Part shown: positions 13,622-27,299 of the stretch, one piece after another
Position numbering within the stretch: the first letter of the stretch is position 1
How the letters are laid out: every line of letters starts with the position of its first letter
Source of the DNA: Octopus vulgaris
Taxonomy: Eukaryota
Assembly: GCA_951406725.2 (NCBI GenBank)
Contig: OX597826.1
Location: 19,840,001 to 19,904,000 of the forward strand
DNA: 64,000 nt
Direction of reading: 5' to 3'
The notes under the pieces: model-generated
Told to the model about the DNA's origin: nothing
What the model saw: only the letters and a program-made list of their open reading frames with translations
The model's database searches: none
Position numbers and translations under genes: made by a program

Positions 13622-13685
13622 CGTGTAAAGTTGAGAACTGTTTAAGTTCGCGATCTGAAATTCATCCAAGGAACCTCAGTTGCAC
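13622..13685 (+). CDS. Internal exon (phase 1 to 2): xCKVENCLSSRSEIHPRNLSCT
   Basis: ttgtctcttcatttcAG acceptor, GTAAGT donor, 64 nt open frame with three Cys, like the exon at 40675. Confidence 0.75.
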
Positions 13686-13979
13686 GTAAGTGGAGATTCA
13701 TTATTCAATTCTACACACATACACAAATCTATGCAAATATGCACGCGCGCGTGTGTGTGTTATTAGATAATAAACCTTATGGTATACATCTGGTAGCTTA
13801 CTGGTAAAGCACGTTCACTTTCACAGTGTTCGTAGTGTATTTGAATAAAAAGAGAGACCGAAGATGGAGGGTACGAGAATGTTTATGAATACACATACAT
13901 ATATGTGTGCTTCTCTTTCTCTTTTTTATTTAGAATAAATTTTGATCAGCAACCTACTTGGTAGCATATAGGTGAAGGA

Positions 13980-14990
13980 AAGCATCTTAATTTCTTCGTC
14001 ATCCTTTAAATTTTGAGAAGGTCTTGCAGATTTTCATAGTCCCTGATATCGTGATCATTTGTAGAGTATTTGCTTTCTCACCGAAAACCCAAGTTCGGCC
14101 ATACACTGTTCCAGGCGAGTTGGTCTGTATTCTGCTCCTCCAGTAACAATAGATATGAAGCTGAAAGTGTATGTTGAGTACTGGATTTCCAAATATCCGC
14201 TTTTTCTTATATTTTTCGAGCCACATTGGTGTCCAGAGGGCAGCTGATTTCCACAACTGATCGCATCTTTTCCTTGTGACAATATCTGACAGGTTGTTTT
14301 AATTTTGGTGGCTGTTTTAATCTTTAAGTTCCACTAATATTCTTTTGACCCATCGGTTTCAATATAGTCAACTTCGTCTGTAGATGTTTTCTTTTCTGTT
14401 ATTCTGTTCAAGATCGTTCTGGCCACTGCATCATGCTTCCATATCTGGAAGACATTCTCTCACAGTTGGCAATGATGCGGTTGATGTCTTCAGTTTTGGT
14501 GTTGCACAGCCTACATTTCTTGTCTGTCAACGTTTTCTGCCTCTTATGCTGTAGGTACTGCATGGAGGTAGCCACCAAAGTGGCATGTCATAAATTTGTC
14601 GGTATCCCATGTCAAACACTTGGCATGATCAGTCCCTTGAAACGGTTCCTGTTTTTCGTGCCAATTACCCATGTACTATCTTTTCTGTGAACTGCTCATC
14701 TTTTTTATTTTGTTCTTCTGATAAATAGATTTTACCAATGCTCCTTGGAGAGAGATCTATATCAGCCCTTATTTCATATCTCTTCTCAAGTTCATTAGTT
14801 ATCCTAATTATGTTATTGGTTTCATGGTTGCAAATTTGGGCAAGATAGTTACTGGCCACTTTCCTCTGCTGTAGATGTTTCAGTGTCAATATGTGCTTCA
14901 TATGACATCAATACAGATTTGAGACTACGACCACCATCCTTGGAAGTATAGCCTATCTGCATCTATATTGATGTTGAGCTTTCCTGTAAC
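13980..14990 (-). mobile_element. Decayed R4/Dong-like retrotransposon fragment
   Basis: DADRLYFQGW remnant, CRLCNTKTEDINRIIANC knuckle remnant and C-terminal ISGTMKICKTF. Confidence 0.7.
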
Positions 14991-17490
14991 ACTGCGTGCG
15001 TATGTATGTATGTATGTATGTATGTATGTATGTATGTATGTATGTATGTATGTACGTATGTATGTATGTATGTTCGTACGTATGTTTGCATGCAAGCATG
15101 TGTGTTTGTGTGTGCATGTAAGTATTGTTTTATTAAGGTTATTTCTACACATATTTTATAGAAGTTTTAGTCAGCAATCATTGCTTAAATAGCCACCACA
15201 CATAGCGGTGGGAAGTTATTGGCCATACTAATTTACTTATTAAACGCATTCGTGGAAGCTGTGACGTAAATATTAATGATTTGTAGGTACATGGTGATAT
15301 TTCGTTAAGTCAATAGCACGTTCTACTGCGTTAGCAACGTATTCGAGGATGCTTAATGAATCAGATGGCTGCTGATGAAGGGGCAAAACCCCGCCAAATA
15401 TGGCTTACACGCCCATTACCCATTTTTCATCAGCGATCCCATTGCTTGTTTATATCTGACGTTTCATATGCAAAAATCAGTGCTGGCTATAATTTCTAAA
15501 ATAACCTTAATAAAATATTGTAAAAAACACTGCTTACGCAGTAGAACGTGGTTTTGACTTATAAAAACATTTAATATACTTTATAGTATATTATGATTGC
15601 ATAACGAAATACCACGCACATACAAATCCTTAGTATGTATGTATGTATGTATCATATATGTTATTTTTTGATGCAGAAATCTGCTAGAAATGCTTTAAGC
15701 GGCTGGTGAGGTGACAATTGCTAAATTCACTTTAATTATAGTAAAATTCGAAAATGGTGATTGTCAGCGTCAACACAAGATTGTCAGCGTCAATAAGTTT
15801 GGTGGCCGTGAGGACTGGAAAAGACTGGTGTTTCGTTCTGTAACACTTCGCCAAATTGTGTCCGAGAGAAGTGAAAAAAAGAATTAATGGATTATTTAGT
15901 AAGAATGTGGATGAGGAGTAATCACAAAAGATAGCATCAGTTTGTGTGAGATGGCTTGTGCACAAGATGAAAGGCGGAAGGTCAGATAAGGAAAGCGAGC
16001 CCCTACATGGTATTCAAATTATTTAGGAGAATTAGCAAAATCTTTCTCAAACAACATCTACTGTCTTGAAGATATTGCATTTGACAATGTGACACTATGG
16101 TCATTACTGGAATGCCCTTGGTCACAAGGGTGACCTGGAGTTAAATAACAGCAACAGCAATAGAAAACTTAAATAAGAGTTTAACGTGCTTCAATTATTG
16201 GCTTTTACCGAATTGATTTTTACTGAGTTATAGCTGCAGCTGTCTCCTTGGAATATGACGCAAATAATTTAACTACTGCTTTAATAGCTTGACTGCTTGC
16301 AATTTTAAATGCTTAGTGAGAATTGATTATGAATTTCCATAGTAACGTAATCGTCTGTAGGACAGGTTTTTAAGTTATACATCAATTCACGTATTTAAAT
16401 AAAAACATCTTAATTTGTATTAATCTAATTGCTACTATTAAGGGTTTAGTTAAAGTTTCAGAATCATATATACATCACATACATATAAAAAAAACTATAA
16501 ATAAAACAAACAAAAAAGATGTTACAGTAGGGTTTAATATTTAATTTTGAAATGCGACGATTTATTTAAAGTTTTGCCTAGTGAGGCTTTTCAGAGAGTG
16601 TTTAAAAATAGATATTTGTCATTTATATACATGTTAGGGGCTTTGAAGTTTGGAAAGGAATTATCAATAAGAAATTAATGAAAAAAGACTGGATGGTCAA
16701 TTCTGGAATGCCTTTGATCAGAGGGTTGAGCTGGAGTTAAATAGTTGCACAACTTCAGATCAGCCAAGTAAGAGCATGACATACTTCAGTTATTGACTTT
16801 TATTGAAGTAAACAAGCAGCTGCCTGCCCGAAGATGTTAACAACTGCTTGCAATTGTAAGTTCTCAGCGAGGATCGATGATGAGCTTCTATGGTAACCTA
16901 TTACTTTATATTATTATGTATAATTTGTAGTTTATACATATCATAGGCGTAATTAGTGATGATTCGGTTGGACGTCCCACCGCCAGCAACACCTGTGATA
17001 TACTGAAATATTTTCTGTGAAAATTAAACTCGTTCATATTTGTGGATGATTATAAATGACATACACACACGCACAAAGAAACACGTGTTTAGTCATATAG
17101 TTTTTACAGAGTCATCAACATAACTACTGTCAGTACATTCCGCCCACTAATAAAAATACCAGCCTTTAGGATTTATGATCAGTACTTTCGTATGTACATG
17201 TATACGCGTGCGCTTGTGTGAGTTTGTATATGTGAGATTGTGTGTGTATGTGTGAGTGTGTATGTGCGTGCTTGTGTTTGTATATGTATGTGTCTGTGTC
17301 ATTCATAGGGTCCTAGGTGGGAGCTCCGTTTTCATTTTCTATACATTTCTGATGGACAATCATTGTAAAAAAACATAAGTCATTATACAAATGTACGTCT
17401 CTCTTCCCATTATCAATATCATATCTGCGATCATCACCATCAATAACACTCTGTTCCTTTAGCATTATTTATGTATTTATTTATATAGTA

Positions 17491-17885
17491 CTAGCAGTAT
17501 CGCCCGGCGTTGCTCGGGTTTGTAAGGGAAATAATTATATAAGCATTTTTAGAGATGTAAAGTATAATAGCCATCTCAATATGGCTAACCACAAAGGGGG
17601 AGGGGTGTTACTGTAGCTTTTTACGTTCTGAGATTTAATAATAAATTTTAGAGAGTTACTTCCCTTATATATGTCAAAAATGGATTAAAAATGGGAAAAA
17701 TTGATGGTAATTTTTTTTTTAAATCGTAGACTCATCGTAGACGCGCGCTAATACCCAGACGGTCTCGATATGAATCACGACTATAAGATACCCGCTTTTG
17801 GTTAAACTGCACCGCAAAATGTGGGAGTAGTTAGGAATCTAAATCGTAGGAGACAGACACACAACCTCACTTTTATATATAAAGA
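17491..17885 (-). mobile_element. Non-autonomous Helitron
   Basis: Minus strand reads A|TCTTTATATATAAAAG...CCCGAGCAACGCCGGG-CGATACTG-CTAG|T: 5' TC, 3' hairpin plus CTAG, inserted in AT. Confidence 0.8.
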
Positions 17886-17948
17886 TTTCCTCTATTTACA
17901 TAATATTGAGGTCTCTTTCTTTCTTTTGTTATCTTACTGTTTTTAACA

Positions 17949-17986
<38 letters not shown>

Positions 17987-17994
17987 GTATAAAT

Positions 17995-18318
17995 AGTTAC
18001 AGAGATGTACTTGCATAGCAAGTGACTTGATCTGAGATCGTGTGCTGGAACGAAAACAGTTGCAGCGTTGAAGGTGTTTATAAGCCATTTAAGAAACACA
18101 CAAAAACCGTTAGATTCACTTCAACATTTAAATTTAATTTGTCAAAATATTTTCGTCGCTTTGAGACCGCGACCTGTTAGCACGATATTTTTGTCAGTGA
18201 ACAGGTCGCGGTCTCAAAGCGACGAAAATATTTTGGCAAATGAAATTTAAATGTTGAAGTGAATGTAACGGTTTTTGTGTGTTTCTTAAATGGCTTACAA
18301 ACACCTTCCACGCTGCAA
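17995..18318. mobile_element. Fold-back element (119-bp arms plus about 65-nt one-sided tail), probable PLE terminus
   Basis: Arms 18060-18178 and 18200-18318; same family in the opposite orientation at 41316-41637. Confidence 0.7.
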
Positions 18319-18650
18319 TATATATATACACACATATATATATATATGTATGTATGCATGTATGTGTGTGTGTGTGCGTGTCTGTGCTTGTGATTGTCCT
18401 CCACCACTGCTTGACAACGAATGTTGGTTTGTTTACATCCCTGTCACCTAGTGGAAACAGATAGAATAAGTACAATGCTTACAAAAATAAAACTGGAGTT
18501 GATTCATTAAACTACAATTCTTCAAGGCATTGCCCCAGCATGGCCACAGACCAATGGCTGGAAAAAGCAGAAGAATAAAAGAATACATTCTCTGCTTTGG
18601 TCTTATGTTCAAGGCATAAGAAAGCTTGAGTTTACATGAGAAGGCCTAAC

Positions 18651-19345
18651 AGACCTGGTAGAAACAGCAGCCAAATCTCCCTCAAATCACACCTTACTGT
18701 CTTATGTATGTATATATATATGAGCCAATGAGGGGGACCTCTACATGGTAGCTAGACCTGGTAGAAATAGCAGCCAAATTTCCCCCAAATCACACCTTAC
18801 TGTCTTATCTATGTATATATGTATGTATGAGCCTATGAGGGAGACCCCTACATGGCAGCTAGACCTGGTAGAAATAGCAGCCAAATTTCCCCCAAATCAC
18901 ACCTTACTGTCTTATCTATGTATATATGTATGTATGAGCCTATGAGGGAGACCCCTACATGGCAGCTAGACCTGGTAGAAATAGCAGCCAAATTTCCCCC
19001 AAATCACACCTTACTGTCTTATCTATGTATATATGTATGTATGAGCCTATGAGGGAGACCCCTACATGGCAGCTAGACCTGGTAGAAATAGCAGCCAAAT
19101 TTCCCCCAAATCACACCTTACTGTCTTATCTATGTATATATGTATGTATGAGCCTATGAGGGAGACCCCTACATGGCAGCTAGACCTGGTAGAAATAGCA
19201 GCCAAATTTCCCCCAAATCACACCTTACTGTCTTATCTATGTATATATGTATGTATGAGCCTATGAGGGAGACCCCTACATGGCAGCTAGACATGGTAGA
19301 AATAGCAGCCAAATCTCCCTCAAATCACACCTTACTGTCTTATCT
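18651..19345. repeat. 107-bp tandem repeat, about 6.5 units
   Basis: Near-identical ORFs recur at 18745, 18852, 18959, 19066 and 19173; internal units appear identical. Confidence 0.97.
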
Positions 19346-19438
19346 TTCTGCTACTTATATTCGTCGTAAAAAACTTTCCTGTCACACACTCACGCACACG
19401 CACACACACACACACACACACACACGCGCGCACCCTCA

Positions 19439-19471
<33 letters not shown>

Positions 19472-21260
19472 TCACACACACGCACGTTAGCTTACAATTT
19501 TATTTATATATTTGCGTGTCTGTGTTGAAAGAGGAAGTGGGAGGCAGAGTGAAAGAATCACTCACTACAGTAAGTAAATTACTTTCATTTTATTCGCTGC
19601 CCACTGTGTGTGTGCGTTTGCGTGTGGTGTAAACCAGACTAAGAAAAGCATTTGACACACACACCAGAATGTGAGTTTTCTGTAAATTTTGCTTAATTGG
19701 AGTTTAAATTTTAAAAACTGGACCTGGCATGACGCGATGCATTGTACTCTTAAAATTGCTAGGTAAATTGTAATTGAAGAAATGCTATATTGTAGATTTG
19801 TATAACTCCCAAAGGGAGGCAGATAAAATCTGCCTTTTATAATAAGAGATTAGCATTCTTACATTCAATTTCTCCTATCATCATTATTCCCTTATCCTCA
19901 TCATCATTAATGCTGCTATAAGCACATTCAAACATCCCAATAGCTATAAATTTGTTCATTTATATTCTGTTTTTGATTTAATTTTATTTTCATCATCAGT
20001 ATTATTACCATTTTTTTAGCCTTTCGCATCATTATTTTTTCCCTTTATTTTTTCATTATGCGGATCAGAATTAATATATTTAATCTACACAAAATTGTAA
20101 ATTTAAATTCACGGACACGTTTGATTAATCCCGACGTGTTCTACCTGATGAGTACCATGGTTCCTCCAGCTGCTTATGAATACGTCAACTCTGGATTTAG
20201 GAGTATATAAATAATGCTATTCCTACATGTATTTCATTATTTACAAGTAGTTTGATGTCAAACTATCCTATTTCGTAAAGCACGGTTCGTTCCGGGTGAG
20301 ATTTTTATAGACGGTATCAAATTCTTTATTAATGACCTGTAGGGACACCGTATTTCGTTATGCTTCGGGAATGTATTTAATATGTAAAATTGATATATCC
20401 AATTATGTTACATCGCTATATTTAGTTGCTGTTTAAGCCATCAGTTCGTGGATGGTTGTTGAGTGCTGATAAAGGAGCGAAAATTGAAATATGGCATATA
20501 CACCCATTACTCACTTTTCATCTTCGATCTCATTGTTGTTTACACTGGACGTAACAAATTCAATGCTGGATATAATTTCTATAGAAAATTTGTAGAGATA
20601 AGCCTGGCAGGTTCTTTATATTTCTCACAATTACCATTTTCACTATAACCATTTAAATTATAAAATTAACTTTTAGAACAATATATCCTCGCCACAACTG
20701 ACAGACAACTATAAAATCAGAAATAACTTTCTCAACTAAAATCAAGACTGGAAAAAAATTGAATTGTCCTGACTTCCCTTTTCCAAATGCTTAATAAAAG
20801 ACAACTTTACCCGTGTTTGTATCGTGTATCGATAGCTCGATATATAAATATTTACTTCTGAATGCAGACACAGCGAAATAAAACCCAAGAAAGAAATTTC
20901 CCTGCTGCTATCAATGACCATCAAAACTCATTCAGAGAAAGTTTGTGAAAATATCAATCCGTGTTGATCTTTATTTTACGATTAACAGGTCTAAAACAAA
21001 ATTTCCTAAGAGGAGATGTATATTATGGAGGGCGAGAGTAAAGTAATGTGCGAGAAATTATGAGCATGGTATTGCTTTACTACCCTATCATCTGGGAGCA
21101 AACACAGCAGCAGCTCTGAAATATAAAATATTAAATCATAATATACAGAAGGAGTTCTCGTCTTTCATGGCATCGATTACCAAAGAAGAAATAGTCCAAG
21201 AAATGTTTGTGTATCAGTCGTATTAATTGTAGAGAAAATAAAGGACGGAACCTGAATAAC

Positions 21261-21490
21261 TATTTCTTTATTACCCACAAGGGGCTAAACACAGAGGGGA
21301 CAAACAAGGACAGACATAGATATTAAGTCGATTACATCGACTCCAGTGCGTAACTGGTACTTAATTTATCGACCCCGAAAGGATGAAAGGCAAAGTCGAC
21401 CTCGGTGGAATTTGAACTCACAACGTAACGCAGACGAAATACCGCTAAGCATTTCGCCCGGCGTGCTAACGTGTCTGCCAGCTCGCTGCC
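21261..21490 (-). mobile_element. Full-length tRNA-derived SINE (family A) with LINE-like alternative tail
   Basis: Head GGCAGCGAGCTGGCAGA...GAGTTCAAATTCC; direct repeat GGAACCTGAATAAC at 21247-21260 and 21506-21519. Confidence 0.85.
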
Positions 21491-21559
21491 TTTTATGGAA
21501 ATGTAGGAACCTGAATAACGCTTACTTGTTCTGTGCTATGCTTTCGATAATGTTATTTG

Positions 21560-22480
21560 TGCTTGCTTTTGACAATCTGTGAAAGATTTATTGGATATCA
21601 AGTAACTTCTGAATTTGACGCTCGAATGTTTTTGCTGCACTAAATGTCTTTGGTGGTAGAATGTCGCATTATACTGTATAAAAAACAAACGTTGATTTTC
21701 ATACCAATCTGCGTGTTGTTGTCCCATTCGCAGTCTGTGTCCATGGCTACTCTCACAAGCTGAACCTGTTACATGTTGACTGCGTATAAAAATGTAAAAG
21801 CCGCAAGAGAATATTTTGTCATATCGCAGCGACTCTACATTTCCAATGAACGATCCACTGTGCATCCGTAATTCAAGTAGTTATAGGAAGAAATAAATGA
21901 CTGTTAATAAAGCTAAAATTGACCGTCTGATACATGTTAGATCTATCACCATGCATGATGTTAAGGTGAACAATTTACGCTTCAATTTATTTTATTTTCT
22001 CTACCATATTTCAGTGAGGATACCAAATCACTGGAGGCAGAAATTTAGAGCAAGTCACTTTTATGAGTATCGTATGCAAACTTTTGTATTCTTGTACTCT
22101 TTAAATAATCTTCCGAAGAAGATGCTACAATCTTCAGTGGAGATGATGTCAATTGACAGAAATTAGGCAAAAGATATAGGTAGCATACAATCTAGCAACA
22201 ATCGGACTTATTACAATCAACTAGTTTGCAAGAAGCCAAAATGGCGAAATTAGCGTCATACCATTTAGAGGATTTGCTGGTCACTGAGATTAACAGAAGC
22301 CGACAGCTGAGTAATGAAGATTACTTCACCGTGATTTCGTCACTTGTATTTTGGATAGCATTTGCTCAAAGCTACAGTACCACTTTTTGACACAAAACTC
22401 TTATATCAGGAAGAACATTTCCCATCTTAATTCCAGAAGTCAGCAGCCTTTCAACATTGAGAGTCTGAAGATCATGACAA
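21560..22480 (+). pseudogene. Highly decayed hAT (ZMYM1-like) transposase
   Basis: ERFIGY and VHGYSHKLNLLHVD (the HCxxHxLNL motif), with many stops. Confidence 0.6.
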
Positions 22481-22636
22481 ATGTCAACTGAACTTGGACG
22501 GCCTGAAGACGGAATGCTATAGCACATCTAGTTTCATCTAGCAAAAGATAGGTATTTTGAACATACTGGCGTATGTGACTTTGAGGAGACTTTTGCTCTT
22601 TCTATATGCATGAGCGACCGCATAATATATACATTA

Positions 22637-22671
<35 letters not shown>

Positions 22672-23971
22672 CTCTCTAGATACGTTCCTAAAAATGCGGT
22701 GCGAAATGAAACATTCACCGAATGTGGTCATTATAGCACCAGAACTATAGATAAGAGCACGTATGGTTATAAGAATATTTCTATCAGTGATATGAACAGG
22801 AATGAAGATATCATATGACAAGCCAATGCAGAAACGACAAACCAATATAGAAATGATAAACCAATCCACGAACTTTTGATACACCTTCAAAAACGTAGTA
22901 ACTTTTGATAATCGTATACTGTGTTATGTGATCGGAAGTTATGCTGAAATAATAAAAGCGTCTTTATTAAGCTCCAATGTTATAAAATTATTATTCATGT
23001 TAAGTTCCTCAGTTTTACTACAAATACACAGGTCTACTCAACAGGAGGAACATATTATCTGGGATGAAGATTAAGGCTGGTCTCTTTTCCTTATATTGGT
23101 TTTCTTGAACCTTCCCTCACGAAGCAGCAGGATATCATGTCCAGAACACTTGCTTGCGTTGTTGCTGGCTCCCAGTCTTATTCCTTTCCCTTAAACTGTT
23201 CTATCTCGGCGATACTGTTACTGAGGGATTCAGTTGTCAGACTTCTTTTTGTTCTTTCTGTTATTAATAGCTCTACAGTTAGCTCTTGAGGTTTATTTTG
23301 AATTTATTGCTATGATAACTCCTGCAGCTTCTCAATAGATAAATTCTTACCAAGAGTCTGTACTAACTTCTTCAAGACTTGTGCATTAACATTTTGTATT
23401 TTCCTTTCATAGGCCAACTCAAAGATATAATTAATGACTGCTGAAACTATTTTTTCGTAAAGTTCCTGGTTAGCATTGCATTCTTATGGCCATAGTTTCT
23501 TCCAGACTTTTCTTCACTGAGCTCTCCATTGCTTTGTCAAGGCCATCAGTTTCTTCAACAAGATGCTTGAGAGTTCGACGACAATTTTAGGTCTTGATAA
23601 TATTGGACTGGCCTGAAACATCATCCTTAAGTATCACACCATCTTTCCCATCGTAGAGATAAAAATGCGAGATAGCATCTTTTTCAAAATTCGCCTGCTT
23701 ATCTGGAACAGTTTCCATACTCGTTGATAGTCTTAAGAACCTGGAGAAATTCTTTGACTTCTGGGTGCCTGCATTTGAAGCTTCGCTAGGTATGCGGATG
23801 CCGTGTCATTTATATCATCGATTGAAAACCTGAAACCAAATTCTGTTAGCTGTGATTACTCCCGAATTATCATCTTTTTGCCTTGCATGTGTCTAGTGAA
23901 GATCCTTGCCTTTTCTTTTACGATAAGTTGACTTAATATCATGTTGCGGTGCATTTCGTCGTCCACTTATA

Positions 23972-24182
23972 TTGGTTTCAAATTTTGGCACAAGGCCAGC
24001 AATTTCAGGACAGAGAGTAAGTCGATTATATCGACTCCAATGTTCAATTGGTTCTTATCGACGCCGAGAGGATGAAAAGTAAAGTTGACCCCGGCAGCAT
24101 TTGAACTCAGACCGTAATGTCGGAAGAAATGCTGCTAAGCCATTTTCCCGGTGGGTAACAATTCTGTCAGCTCACCACCTTA
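23972..24182 (-). mobile_element. tRNA-derived SINE (family A)
   Basis: Reverse complement of the family A head and body, with the TTGCTGGCCTTGTGCCAAAATTTGAAACC tail. Confidence 0.8.
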
Positions 24183-24987
24183 TCTTCACTTATATTGCAA
24201 ATATATTTTGTTCTCACTTCACATTGAAGCAACTTTAACTATAGAAAGAAATCGAAAAGATGAAGTAGCAAGAGAAAGGATGAAATAATATAAGCAGACT
24301 GACGCTAGAACAAAAGAAGAACATATGAAAGCATCAGAAAAACTAATATGCATGAGCACGAACATGCAGATTACCCATAATATTGAAGAGAAAATCGATA
24401 GATGCGCAGAGGGAACACAGACGATAAAGAGTTATGTGATTAGGTGATAACACTGAGAGAGAGGAATAGAGAGAGGGATAGAGAGAGAGAGGGTAGAGGG
24501 GGAGTAGAAGTGAGTGAGAAGCAGAAGTGTTATTATATCTGTCTGAACGCGCATCAGCGAGCAGAATATCTGGAACAAGTTCAAGGAAAGGACTAGGAAT
24601 GTATGAAAACAGGATTGAAGAGATTAGCGAGAGAAATGTTCAAAGAATTTGGAGCTTCTTTCATACAGCATCAGTAGGAACAAGTTTTATTTTTCAATAA
24701 ATTCAATCCATTTTCCAGCCTATTATCTATGACATCTTAAACAACATAACTAAATAAAAGTAATCATGACAAAAGAAGCAAAATTGTAAAACGTTAATTC
24801 TTGGTCTCTCGTTAATTCTTGGGTCCCGTTAGTTATCGTAAAAATGTAATGAGTTTCACTTTCGTAATAACTGATTATAATGTTCCAGTATATAATTTAT
24901 TACAAGTCATTGCATAAAATTAATGCAATTCATGATCATATTGACACCAAGAAAAGGAAGGATTATAGCGAACCAATATCAAACGAG

Positions 24988-25250
<263 letters not shown>

Positions 25251-25557
25251 AGCAATCAAGCAAGCAATCGATCAAATCACTCGGAAAAAGATTGTAGTAC
25301 AAAATATGAAAGCATCATGTCATCTTACTTACTTTCTTGACGTTGCTCCATGTGAATAGTATGTTGTCAGGTCATTGCAATATTACTGAGAGGGAAACAA
25401 TTTATTAATTGTGAATATTTTTAAAATGATACTGAGTGTCCTTTTGCTCCGAAATCTGAAGAATTATGCAACTGAAGAATCAACAATATGCCGAATAGAA
25501 GGAATTATGTTAGCATTTCTTTGTTTCCTATCTAGAAATGTGACAGGGGTTTCATTC

Positions 25558-25611
<54 letters not shown>

Positions 25612-25629
25612 GCTATCAATGGGAATAGT

Positions 25630-27065
25630 AGCATACCACACTGGTTAGCTCTGGGAGAGCAAAACTGATCCACAAATGCAGAACCACCCACATGCCAAAA
25701 AACTACCGGCCAATTGTATACCAGAACTTAATGTATAAAGGGTATATAGCATGTTTAAACCTCTTCCTCCTAGACAATTGCAAAAGTAGTAACATCATCA
25801 CAGCAGAACAAGCAGCTGGGAAGAAGGGAGTCTGGGGATGTGCCGAGCAATTGTTAATAAAAAAAACTGTAATGTGAGAGGTGCGGAAGCATAGAAGGAA
25901 ACTAATTTCGATGTGACTGGATTACAAGAAGGTCTTTGACTCTGCCTCCAACTCATGGATGCTAGAAACCCCAGTAGCTTGCTAAATTTCCAGTAGTCAA
26001 AGACGTAGCAGACCTGACTTCATCGCGGCCACCATTTTGAAATTAGACACAAAGCATAGCTGTATTATCACTGATAGAATACAGTATCGCGCAGAGGAAT
26101 ATTCCAAGGGGACAGCCTCTCTGAGATGATGTTTGTGTTTTCTGTGAACCCCGTCATTCATGTTAAGGAACTCTGAAGGGTATCTCACTGGTTCACTAGG
26201 GAACAAAAATACCAAAATTACACACTATTTCTTCATGGATGACTTGAAACTATATACTAAGAATATGCATGAGATGAAAAAGAGTCTTGATCTGGTTACA
26301 AAATTCTCAAAGGATGTAGGGTTGGAGTATATAGTTGTGAAAAGAGGGAAAACTGTAAACCGGACCAGCAGCATCTCTATCAATGACTTGACTCTATATC
26401 TGATGAGGAATACTACAGGTACCTAGGAGTCAATGAAAACATATCTTAATATGGCACCTGTAACAAAACACCAGTCACTAAAGAATATTACTGCCGAGTA
26501 AAGGAAATATGGATCTCGGAACTCTGCATTCAATAAAACTGTGGCCCGCTATGTGTTTGCTCATACAAACATTTGGGCTGCTTGATTGGACGTTTGATGA
26601 GATCCGAGCCACTGATGTGAAAACCCGAAAGATACTAACCAGCTTGGACGCTGTACTATGTACTATGTCACTCATAATAAAGAGGTGTCCTGGGGGAATG
26701 TCCCAGTGAAAACCACATTAAAATGTAAACATAATAGACTTGACATAGTAGTTTGAGATAGAGAAGAGAAATTGTGTACAGCTGGGAAAATCAGCAACCC
26801 AGAGGATGTTAACATAAAGCTAAGGATTAGAGAAAAAGAAAATACCTAATCTGAACTATTGAGAAATCTACAGTTACTCTATCCATTTTACAAATTCCGG
26901 TTTATACTTATATTGGGGCACTGGGATATGTAGCACACTGTCTAAATACCAATCTTGAGAAATTAGGCTTCTCAAAACCAGAAAGTAAACTAATTCGAAG
27001 ATTACTGATCCAGACCATCACTGGAATTTTAAGAACCTGTAAAAATTTCCAGACTTTAATCATTT
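25630..27065 (+). mobile_element. Decayed R4/Dong-like retrotransposon (RT to RLE)
   Basis: NYRPI, EQAAGKKGVWGCAEQLLI, FQGDSL, HYFFMDDLKLY, terminal IGALG. Confidence 0.85.
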
Positions 27066-27144
27066 AAGTATATATGTCTAGATATGCAACTATATGCATG
27101 AGAATACGTACATAAAAACATACAAATATGTTCACATACATACA

Positions 27145-27176
<32 letters not shown>

Positions 27177-27299
27177 CATATATACATACACATACACATA
27201 CATACACATACATCCATACATACATACATACAAACATATGTATACATACATACATACATACATACATACATACATACATACATACATACATACATACAT

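Noticed and set aside
15366-15415. Hammerhead (CTGATGA-A-GGGG CAAAA CCCC)
   Set aside because: GAAA and the cleavage triplet are absent; at most a relic.
17110-17189. 80-nt phase 2-to-1 candidate exon (VINITTVSTFRPLIKIPAFRIYDQYF)
   Set aside because: Plausible splice sites but no cysteines and no matching downstream partner; unsupported without RNA data.
18651-19345. CRISPR-like array
   Set aside because: Units are head-to-tail and identical with no unique spacers; eukaryotic context and no cas genes.
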